A stretch of DNA of 64,000 nucleotides from TPA_inf: Saccharomyces (lineage: Eukaryota): contig BK006934.2 of assembly GCA_000146045.2 (NCBI GenBank), positions 416,001 to 480,000 on the forward strand, given 5' to 3'. Numbering within the stretch: the first letter of the stretch is position 1; every line of letters begins with the position of its first letter. Positions 48,331-56,743 of this stretch are shown one piece after another. The translations under genes were made by a program, and so were the position numbers. The notes below the pieces were generated by a model that saw nothing but the letters and a program-made list of their open reading frames with translations, did not search any database and was not told the origin of the DNA.

Positions 48331-49177
48331 CTACGATATAAATTTATGTTACTATATGTGCGACAGTTTCTACTGCAGACGTGGATTGAGAACACGTAAA
48401 GTTTGTGCTGGGTAGAAATTGAAAGGATATCCCCTTAACGGCTGTGCTACCGTTTATGTTCGTCCTTATCCTCTCCTGTTAAACTGTTATAAAAATCGTT
48501 ACATATCTTGCATTCTGTGACCAAGTATTTGTTGGCCTTAGATTTATATTAGGGCCATTGCAATTAAACTGGCTTCAGTTCTCAATGAACGAAGGATTTT
48601 TGGCACGCTAAAACTGGTGTGAAGGTATTGCACATTCAAATAGGCTCTTTTATTGATTTGTCTTGAAAGCTTTTGGAATAAGATCTAGAATAAGGACTAC
48701 CCGAAAAAGAACAGGATACCCAGTAAAAACGCTATTGGGTACCTAGAGAAGCTGGTTTGTCACTGTCCACACAAAATGCCCTAATAACATTCTGAAAGGT
48801 TCTGACCGTACATCTTCGCCTGCGGTTGCATTGAGGTCGCCTCGGTCATAAAGTGAATATGCGACCCGATGGTTGCTCAAATGTTAAATGCAGGTAAAAA
48901 ATAAGACCCCAGGAATTAAATAGTAAGATTTAATATATATATATATAACGGGCACAATTCGTTCATCAAACATGCAGCGGAGTTTCAAATTTGCTATAAT
49001 ATAGAACATGTTTAATTCAACCAATCGAAACGTACAGGCGCACACTATATTCAAGCAGTAAAACTACTATCTGAACATTGAGGTCGAATATATATATTAT
49101 AGGCATAAAATCTCCTACCAAACTTGCATCAAACCTCTAAAATTACTATTATATATTCAACTTATTTAACGTGCCCA

Positions 49178-49669
49178 ATGGAAATGCACTGGATAACCCT
49201 CGTTGCATTTATTGCTACATTCTTCAACCTAGCTGCTACCTCGATCAACAATAGTTCCCTCCCTGATGTTGATCTTACTAATCCTTTGAGATTCTTCACT
49301 AACATTCCAGCAGGACTTAATTTTAATGAAGTCATTTTTCTCGAAAGAAACGGATTCTATCTTGGTGGAATAGACTCTCCCTCAATCTACCACTTAATAA
49401 ATGGTACAGCTGTGTATTTTGGGGATGTCAGAGATAATATCATGCCGGGTACAGTTGGCACTACTAGGAATGTTACAGATGTCGACTATGGCTCCTTACT
49501 GACAGAGTATGGTTATGAAGCTAATACAGATTATGTCTCGCGTTGGATCGCCACTCATGTAGTAATCTCTCCATTGAATGCTACAGAGTTTTTCCAAACA
49601 CCCGTGCCAGTACCAGTGCCAGTGCCGATAACAATACTGCACCAACAGGTGAACTCAAAACTACATTAG
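49178..49669 (+). CDS. Uncharacterised ORF YHR180W. 163 aa from MEMHWITLVAF. An in-frame ATG at 49124 would give 181 aa. Hydrophobic signal-like N-terminus, several N-x-S/T sites and a C-terminal (PV)4 repeat.
   Basis: The ORF sits alone in an LTR-flanked island of low coding potential. It has no recognisable domain, and its codon usage is not biased. Real expression is uncertain. Confidence 0.4.
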   Translation: MEMHWITLVAFIATFFNLAATSINNSSLPDVDLTNPLRFFTNIPAGLNFNEVIFLERNGFYLGGIDSPSIYHLINGTAVYFGDVRDNIMPGTVGTTRNVTDVDYGSLLTEYGYEANTDYVSRWIATHVVISPLNATEFFQTPVPVPVPVPITILHQQVNSKLH

Positions 49670-49799
49670 TCAGGACCCGTTCAGCCCGTTAATCGTGGGA
49701 ATCTCTGTACTGAGGGTCAACTAGTGTATGCGACTGTGATTCAGATAATACCTTAAGCGTCGAAACCTCATACCCCCTCATCTGGCTCGGGAGCCAGTA

Positions 49800-49802
<3 letters not shown>

Positions 49803-49838
<36 letters not shown>
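49803..49838. repeat. (TA)18 dinucleotide microsatellite.
   Basis: An uninterrupted TA run read directly in the sequence. Confidence 0.95.
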
Positions 49839-49841
<3 letters not shown>

Positions 49842-50412
49842 TCCTAAAATACTCTCACACAGAAGCACAATAATGAGTGACGCAAATGCAATTTATGACT
49901 AATTCATCACCAAAGAGAAATATGCAGCGTTAACTCTCAATCTAAGAATATGTAACAGATTTTAATCTCACGAACTAGCGACTTTAATTGTTGTACCTTA
50001 TTCCTTAGTAACGTTAGTAGTGTCTAATATTTTACTAGACGGTGCCACGATTTCAGAGATGTTAGATCAAAATTCCTTTCTTAAGAACAAGGATATGGCA
50101 AAGTATGGTAAACAAGACGTACAAGAGTGTTAAAGATAATGCATAGAACACGCTCAGTGTAAGCAAGATTAGTACAACTGCTGATCTGGAGCCAAGACAA
50201 CAAATATCACATCCCGTTTGTCATGTTAAAGATAGCTTATCATAAGTTAGCTGAGACACTCAACCTCATATAAAACAAAAACTGATTATTTTGGTGAAAT
50301 AATGAATCTTAAAGCTTGATAGTATTTGTATTGAATTACTACTCACAAACTATTTAAAACATCAAGCCAAATATATGCGGAGCACAGAGAAATATTTGTG
50401 AATTATATCTTT

Positions 50413-50879
50413 TGTTGGAAAGACAAGCAACTATCCTAGCGACATTAGGATTGCCAAGACATCCGGTTTTATTCAGACCCTTACATCAGCAGCAGCACGT
50501 TCCATCTTTTCAAACTTCCTGCCAAACATTTATGAAGACATGAAACTCTAAAATGTCATCTATTTATAGTAGTCATATTACTATTATATTATTACATGCG
50601 GTGTAAGAAGATGACATAGGATTGGGACACAGTCATCGAACTTAATGGACGCTGAAGTGCAAGGATTGATAATGTAATGGGATAATGAAACATATAAAAC
50701 GGAATGAGGAATAATCCTAATATTATCATGTAGAAATATCGATTCCATTTTGAGGATTCCTATATCCTCTAGGAGAACTTCTAGCATATTCTATATACCT
50801 AATATTATTGTCTTTGTGAACAATGGATTCCCACAAATTATCTCAAAATTCACAAATATCTCATTCTCGCATTCCAACA
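50413..50879 (+). mobile_element. Composite Ty LTR segment on the plus strand. A TGTTGGAA-initiated 5' part (50413-~50544) is followed by a Ty1/Ty2 delta-homologous core (~50545-50863, ending ...AATATCTCA). A 16-bp junction piece, TTCTCGCATTCCAACA, follows.
   Basis: Blocks match canonical delta: GCGGTGTAAGAAGATGAC, GCTGAAGTGCAAGGATTGATAATGTAATGGGATAATGAAACATATAAAACGGAATGAGGAATAATC, and GATTCCATTTTGAGGATTCCTATATCCTCTAGGAGAACTTCTAG...CCCACAAATTATCTCAAAATTCACAAATATCTCA. At 467 bp it is longer than a single ~335-bp delta, which suggests nested or fragmented insertions. Confidence 0.6.
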
Positions 50880-50975
50880 GTTATGTTACTCATTCTATTC
50901 GTTTGTTATGTGTGTTTTATGAACGTTTGGGATGACGTATTGTCATACTGACGTATCTTATTTTGAGATACAACA
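50880..50975 (-). mobile_element. Ty3 sigma LTR fragment, about 100 bp of the 5' end in minus orientation, ending about 14-15 bp upstream of tRNA-Thr.
   Basis: The reverse complement reads TGTTGTATCTCAAAATAAGATACGTCAGTATGACAATACGTCATCCCAAACGTTCATAAAACACA..., which matches the sigma terminus TGTTGTATCTCAAAATGAGATATGTCAGTATGACAATACG... Its placement immediately upstream of a tRNA gene is the hallmark of Ty3 integration. Confidence 0.7.
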
Positions 50976-50989
50976 TAGTTGTATTTTTA

Positions 50990-51061
50990 GCCTCCTTAGC
51001 TTAGTGGTAGAGCGTTGCACTTGTAATGCAAAGGTCGCTAGTTCAATTCTGGCAGGTGGCA
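50990..51061 (+). tRNA. tT(UGU)H: tRNA-Thr, anticodon UGU. 72 nt, no intron.
   Basis: Manual cloverleaf: acceptor stem GCCTCCT/AGGTGGC, D-arm GCTTAGTGGTAGAGC, anticodon stem-loop TTGCA-CTTGTAA-TGCAA, and T-arm GCTAGTTCAATTCTGGC with the GTTCAAtTC box B. A T-tract terminator follows downstream at 51070-51080. Confidence 0.9.
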
Positions 51062-51227
51062 TTATACCGGTATTATTTTTTTTCCCTTTGTTCTTATTTC
51101 TCTATCATTTATAACTTTATGATTTTTTAAAGGTTGAATGGTCAATGTGAAAATTAAAACTAAAAACATATAGTTGACAAGTGAGAAAAAGAGCAAAAGG
51201 GAGAAAAGAAATTGTTAGAATAAAACC

Positions 51228-51914
51228 ATGCTGTTAGAATTGATTTCTTATGCAGGAACCGTTTCAGGGTTTCTTTTTTTAACACTTTCAATTGCATCGG
51301 GTTTATACTACATTAGTGAACTTGTTGAAGAACACACAGAACCCACAAGACGGTTTCTCACAAGGGCTATTTATGGTATAATATTAATATTAATTCTGCT
51401 ACTGTTACTAGACGGTTTCCCGTTCAAACTTACACTTTTTTCCATTGCATGTTACATAGTATATTACCAAAACTTAAAAAGTTTCCCATTTATTTCGTTA
51501 ACCAGCCCAACTTTCCTATTAAGCTGCGTATGTGTGGTCTTGAATCACTACTTCTGGTTCAAATATTTTAATGATACGGAAGTTCCCCCACAGTTCAAAT
51601 TTGATCCAAATTATATACCACGCAGACGTGCTAGTTTCGCTGAAGTAGCCTCATTTTTTGGTATATGCGTTTGGTTCATACCATTTGCCTTATTTGTTTC
51701 TCTGTCAGCTGGTGATTATGTGCTACCAACGACTAGTGAGCAACATATGGCTAAGAAAAATGATGACATCACAACGAACAACCAGCCAAAATTTCGTAAA
51801 AGGGCTGTTGGGTTAGCTCGTGTAGTCATCAACTCGGTAAGGAAGTACATCTACTCTCTAGCCCGTGTATTCGGTTATGAGATAGAACCTGACTTTGATA
51901 GATTGGCTGTTTAG
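51228..51914 (+). CDS. SVP26: Svp26, a Golgi/ER membrane protein of the TEX261 family. 228 aa.
   Basis: A 228-aa ORF with four TM segments. Length and synteny match YHR181W, after the tRNA-Thr gene. Confidence 0.8.
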   Translation: MLLELISYAGTVSGFLFLTLSIASGLYYISELVEEHTEPTRRFLTRAIYGIILILILLLLLDGFPFKLTLFSIACYIVYYQNLKSFPFISLTSPTFLLSCVCVVLNHYFWFKYFNDTEVPPQFKFDPNYIPRRRASFAEVASFFGICVWFIPFALFVSLSAGDYVLPTTSEQHMAKKNDDITTNNQPKFRKRAVGLARVVINSVRKYIYSLARVFGYEIEPDFDRLAV

Positions 51915-52218
51915 GATTGCCTTTTTTTTTAACATGTAGTTAGTTTTTCTTTATTTGAATATTCTAAATAAGAAATATGTGTAATGCTCTGCCAACTATT
52001 TTGCACAGGAAAGAAAAATCACCAATACAATACTACTATATTTTACCCAAGTTAATACGGGAAAGTATATTTTCTTTTCCATATTTTTCTTTTTTATTGA
52101 CGTTTGCATTTTTTAGAGCAACTAGTAAACAAAAAACCAGTCAGGCCCAGTAGATTAAGTATTGTCATTACATAGACAAAGGCAAGAGAAAGAGAGCATT
52201 TTCTTTCGGTCTCTAGTT

Positions 52219-54576
52219 ATGTCTGTTAAAGAGCATAACGAAGAAGATATTATTGGTGATGAATTACAGAATTCGAGGCAACTCTCCATTGATTGCGACT
52301 CAGTTAAAATTTCACTAAGGAACACATATTGGACCAAAGACTATACAACAGGTATCAAATTATTCATAAAACATATGAAGAGAGAAAATGATTTGCTGAT
52401 TAAAGACATCAAATTTTACAATGATTTTGTCAACAAATTTTGGAAACCAACATTGAACAATTTACAAAAAATGGAAGCAACCAATTCAATGAATAGCAGG
52501 CTGCTGGAAGTGATGAGCAAACAGTTTAATATAATATCAACAGAGCAAGTTGAAAGAGATTGTAAAATTCCATTGCAAGAACTAAGAGATCTTAATGAGA
52601 GCTTCCTTCGTGAGGCAGAAAACGATTTGTCATCTCGTTATTCAGCTTACATTAAGGATTTAGTCGCAGCTAAAGAGGCACTAATTGGATGTGAGAAAAG
52701 AGTTCAGTCTATATATAAATTGAAAAAAGCCAATACGCCAGTGGAAAATTCTTCCTCTGTTTTTGATAATGGAAAGGATAGTGCACCGTTAACCAGGTTG
52801 AACTTCGTATGCGAGTTTCCTTACACTTTAGACGAGAGGTTAAAATTTGAGGATTGCGACCAATTTATGTCATTTTTGCAAACCTTGAAGGGAAAAGTCA
52901 TCCTGGAGAAAAGTGTCTTTTCCGTTCCAGGATTGTCAAATCAAAGTTTCCAAGGCAGGTCATTGATCAAAGAATTGAAAAAACTTGAACCCAGACTAAA
53001 CCTGTCCTTATTTAATATCGATAGGATAGGTAACGAATTCATCCAACTGGGTATAATACAAGAATATTCCCTGAGTTTTTACTCTAGCAAAGTTTCTCAG
53101 TTTGACCAGGAAAAATACTATTACTGGAACAGTGAAGTCCTTGCTACGCAAGAGAGTAATGGTAATGCTGGAAACAGAAAAAAAAAATCGTATGGTGAGT
53201 TAACACACTCCGACAATGAACACGAAGAAAAGTCCAACGTTTCATCTATCAAAACATCTATATCCGATTGGATCCGCAAAGTTAGTCAACATGATAATGA
53301 TGATTGCGATGCAGCGGGAAGTACAGATATGAATAAAAATGAGTGGAAGAGTTTAAAACAGCAACTTGAATCATCACAAGATATTTTTTTCTCCAAGTGT
53401 TGCCAGTTGGAATATTCTAAAGTGCAGTTGGAAAAAACCATTTATGATTATTGTAAAAATTACTCTAAAATGGAGGACGGAATCAAACGAGCTCTAGAAT
53501 CATCAAACATGATGTTTCAACAAAAATGTGAAAAATTTACTGACTCACCTGTGTGTTCTCTACAAGAAGCACAACTGCCACAGGAAACTGCCAATGCGGA
53601 TGTAAGAGGGTTTTTCCTCAGGGATAATGGCATACCCTTTCGCAGGTGGAATATCCTAGAAGCGAGTGATCCAGTCGACGCTTGCAAAGAAATCTCCATA
53701 AAAAGCGAAAAGTTTTTCTGTGGTAGTGAAATAAATAATGAACTGGCTGCTCTTGATACGTTAGGGGCAATAAAGATTATACTGCGGCAGATTGAAAAGG
53801 AACCAAATGCTAATAAAGTCATACAAAGTTGGCACAGGGATATTGATTTTGTAAGGGTTTCTAATTTGAAAAGAGACTTATTGGGGGAATTCAAAGGATC
53901 GAAAACTACCGAAAATACAAACTCTATAATCACTGCTCATTTTTTTGAAAACTCGCACAGCTATGTCACTAATGATCTCGTCGGACTGATAAAATTATGG
54001 CTGTTAGAGCTACCCGACAGCCTAATACCTTCAAACCACTACGATGACTTAATTAAGGCCGAAAAATCGCTAACATCCCTATGTGAACAGTTTCCGACGA
54101 GCTCCTTAAGGTTTCTACAAGAACTAGCAAACCATTTTCAATTGATCAATAGCAAATACTCACTTCCGCCGCAAACAATACAAGATTTGTTTAGAGACAA
54201 CAGTGACATAGACATACCATTGGCCCATCACTTCGTAAGAAGAACAGGCTTACAGAACCCTATCGACATCAAAATCTTGTCACCAACATTATCTACATTT
54301 TTCATCAACGAAAGAACTGTAGAAACTTTGCAAACGTTGATCGCAAACAGGATCACGACGGCAACTACTGCGACACTCACTGAACCGCCGACGATAATTA
54401 TAAAGGATACAACGGCACCTATACACTCTACCCCTAAGCCACCGCCAAACGACAAGGATGGCCATTTCATACCTCGGCCATTCAAGACTAGTTCTACTCC
54501 GACAACCCCAGAGAGACCTAAACGTAAGAGTGGTTTATTCCTTCCCATCAACGTCAACGATGTCCCTTCTACATAA
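52219..54576 (+). CDS. Uncharacterised protein YHR182W. 785 aa from MSVKEHNEED. An in-frame ATG at 52162 would add 19 aa.
   Basis: A long ORF whose length matches YHR182W. The C-terminal part (around residues 540-700 of the track ORF) looks like a possible RhoGAP-like region, but I am not certain. Confidence 0.75.
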   Translation: MSVKEHNEEDIIGDELQNSRQLSIDCDSVKISLRNTYWTKDYTTGIKLFIKHMKRENDLLIKDIKFYNDFVNKFWKPTLNNLQKMEATNSMNSRLLEVMSKQFNIISTEQVERDCKIPLQELRDLNESFLREAENDLSSRYSAYIKDLVAAKEALIGCEKRVQSIYKLKKANTPVENSSSVFDNGKDSAPLTRLNFVCEFPYTLDERLKFEDCDQFMSFLQTLKGKVILEKSVFSVPGLSNQSFQGRSLIKELKKLEPRLNLSLFNIDRIGNEFIQLGIIQEYSLSFYSSKVSQFDQEKYYYWNSEVLATQESNGNAGNRKKKSYGELTHSDNEHEEKSNVSSIKTSISDWIRKVSQHDNDDCDAAGSTDMNKNEWKSLKQQLESSQDIFFSKCCQLEYSKVQLEKTIYDYCKNYSKMEDGIKRALESSNMMFQQKCEKFTDSPVCSLQEAQLPQETANADVRGFFLRDNGIPFRRWNILEASDPVDACKEISIKSEKFFCGSEINNELAALDTLGAIKIILRQIEKEPNANKVIQSWHRDIDFVRVSNLKRDLLGEFKGSKTTENTNSIITAHFFENSHSYVTNDLVGLIKLWLLELPDSLIPSNHYDDLIKAEKSLTSLCEQFPTSSLRFLQELANHFQLINSKYSLPPQTIQDLFRDNSDIDIPLAHHFVRRTGLQNPIDIKILSPTLSTFFINERTVETLQTLIANRITTATTATLTEPPTIIIKDTTAPIHSTPKPPPNDKDGHFIPRPFKTSSTPTTPERPKRKSGLFLPINVNDVPST

Positions 54577-54676
54577 CTCCATGCATGCTACATAGTAACT
54601 ACGTAAATCACCTGCTACCTCTCTGTTCTTTCGTCCCGCCTCGAGGTTGTGCTGCTTTTGTACCTATTGTGGCTGT

Positions 54677-54706
54677 CGGTGTTACATTACGGTGCCTCGG
54701 TGTTAC
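54677..54706 (+). promoter_or_regulatory. Two direct copies of CGGTGTTAC (54677-54685 and 54698-54706) in a GC-rich, CGG-dense block about 260-280 bp upstream of GND1. Candidate Zn2Cys6 (Stb5-type, CGGNSTTA) binding sites.
   Basis: Read directly: ...CTGTCGGTGTTACATTACGGTGCCTCGGTGTTACGCGGTGC... The consensus is recalled from the literature as CGGNS(t)TA. Confidence 0.4.
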
Positions 54707-54772
54707 GCGGTGCTTCGTCCTGGTGGTCCACGCGGCCTTGCGCTTTGGCCTTGGTGGGCTTCGAGGCTGTAT

Positions 54773-54780
54773 TATATAAA
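54773..54780 (+). promoter_or_regulatory. Candidate TATA box (TATATAAA) of GND1, about 185 bp upstream of the ATG.
   Basis: Read directly: ctgtatTATATAAAtgggcc. Confidence 0.4.
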
Positions 54781-54959
54781 TGGGCCTGATGTTCGTTAAA
54801 AGCTGCAGTATTGTTCCTGAGCTTGTTTCTTTTTCAAAGGTTTCCTTTTTTCTTAGTGGGGTCCTTTCTTACATAATAAAGTAAATAGCCTGATACATAT
54901 AAACCTGTATTGTTGCCATTACAGAAAAAAGCCACTTTCTATACAAAAACTACAATAAA

Positions 54960-56429
54960 ATGTCTGCTGATTTCGGTTTGATTGGTTTGGCCGTCATGGG
55001 TCAAAATTTGATCTTGAACGCTGCTGACCACGGTTTCACTGTTTGTGCTTACAACAGAACTCAATCCAAGGTCGACCATTTCTTGGCCAATGAAGCTAAG
55101 GGCAAATCTATCATCGGTGCTACTTCCATTGAAGATTTCATCTCCAAATTGAAGAGACCTAGAAAGGTCATGCTTTTGGTTAAAGCTGGTGCTCCAGTTG
55201 ACGCTTTGATCAACCAAATCGTCCCACTTTTGGAAAAGGGTGATATTATCATCGATGGTGGTAACTCTCACTTCCCAGATTCTAATAGACGTTACGAAGA
55301 ATTGAAGAAGAAGGGTATTCTTTTCGTTGGTTCTGGTGTCTCCGGTGGTGAGGAAGGTGCCCGTTACGGTCCATCTTTGATGCCAGGTGGTTCTGAAGAA
55401 GCTTGGCCACATATTAAGAACATCTTCCAATCCATCTCTGCTAAATCCGACGGTGAACCATGTTGCGAATGGGTTGGCCCAGCCGGTGCTGGTCACTACG
55501 TCAAGATGGTTCACAACGGTATTGAATACGGTGATATGCAATTGATTTGTGAAGCTTATGACATCATGAAGAGATTGGGTGGGTTTACCGATAAGGAAAT
55601 CAGTGACGTTTTTGCCAAATGGAACAATGGTGTCTTGGATTCCTTCTTGGTCGAAATTACCAGAGATATTTTGAAATTCGACGACGTCGACGGTAAGCCA
55701 TTAGTTGAAAAAATCATGGATACTGCTGGTCAAAAGGGTACTGGTAAGTGGACTGCCATCAACGCCTTGGATTTGGGTATGCCAGTTACTTTGATTGGTG
55801 AAGCTGTCTTTGCCCGTTGTCTATCTGCTTTGAAGAACGAGAGAATTAGAGCCTCCAAGGTCTTACCAGGCCCAGAAGTTCCAAAAGACGCCGTCAAGGA
55901 CAGAGAACAATTTGTCGATGATTTGGAACAAGCTTTGTATGCTTCCAAGATTATTTCTTACGCTCAAGGTTTCATGTTGATCCGTGAAGCTGCTGCTACT
56001 TATGGCTGGAAACTAAACAACCCTGCCATCGCTTTGATGTGGAGAGGTGGTTGTATCATTAGATCTGTTTTCTTGGGTCAAATCACAAAGGCCTACAGAG
56101 AAGAACCAGATTTGGAAAACTTGTTGTTCAACAAGTTCTTCGCTGATGCCGTCACCAAGGCTCAATCTGGTTGGAGAAAGTCAATTGCGTTGGCTACCAC
56201 CTACGGTATCCCAACACCAGCCTTTTCCACCGCTTTGTCTTTCTACGATGGGTACAGATCTGAAAGATTGCCAGCCAACTTACTACAAGCTCAACGTGAC
56301 TACTTTGGTGCTCACACTTTCAGAGTGTTGCCAGAATGTGCTTCTGACAACTTGCCAGTAGACAAGGATATCCATATCAACTGGACTGGCCACGGTGGTA
56401 ATGTTTCTTCCTCTACATACCAAGCTTAA
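54960..56429 (+). CDS. GND1: 6-phosphogluconate dehydrogenase (decarboxylating), the major isoform. 489 aa. Strong codon bias.
   Basis: A 6PGDH N-terminal NAD(P)-binding domain ([12 protein letters not shown]) and C-terminal domain, with highly biased codon usage. GND1 is preferred over GND2 on synteny (YHR183W). Confidence 0.9.
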
Positions 56430-56648
56430 AGGAAATCTCCAACCTGGACATAAACCAAAAAAATTTAATGAAATAGATTAGTTATAGTAAAAGTAATCAT
56501 AATAATAAATAGATAAATAAATCCAAATGCAATTATAAATAGTATATGAAGTTATGTGTTTTCTAAAATATTAAAGGTTTATAAACGGGGTCCCGAAACT
56601 ATCTCCATTTCTTTTTTTTTTTTTACGTAAGGAAAGGCAAACAGGCGA

Positions 56649-56655
56649 CACAAAA
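56649..56655 (+). promoter_or_regulatory. Candidate middle sporulation element (gaCACAAAAt), the Ndt80 site, about 90 bp upstream of SSP1.
   Basis: GACACAAAAT fits the MSE consensus DNCRCAAAW. SSP1 is a mid-sporulation gene. Confidence 0.35.
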
Positions 56656-56743
56656 TCATGAAGTCAGAAAATAAAATAAAAGTGAAAAATTTCACAATAG
56701 TGCCTATTATCATGATAGAAGTAGAGTAGAAAAGCTAGCAACA

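Noticed and set aside
50584-50935. A 67-aa minus-strand ORF and a 61-aa plus-strand ORF inside the delta-like LTR
   Set aside because: Chance ORFs within LTR sequence. Solo LTRs do not encode proteins.
54939-55541. A 200-aa minus-strand ORF overlapping the 5' half of GND1
   Set aside because: Same codon-bias artefact as in ENO2. GND1 on the plus strand is unambiguous.
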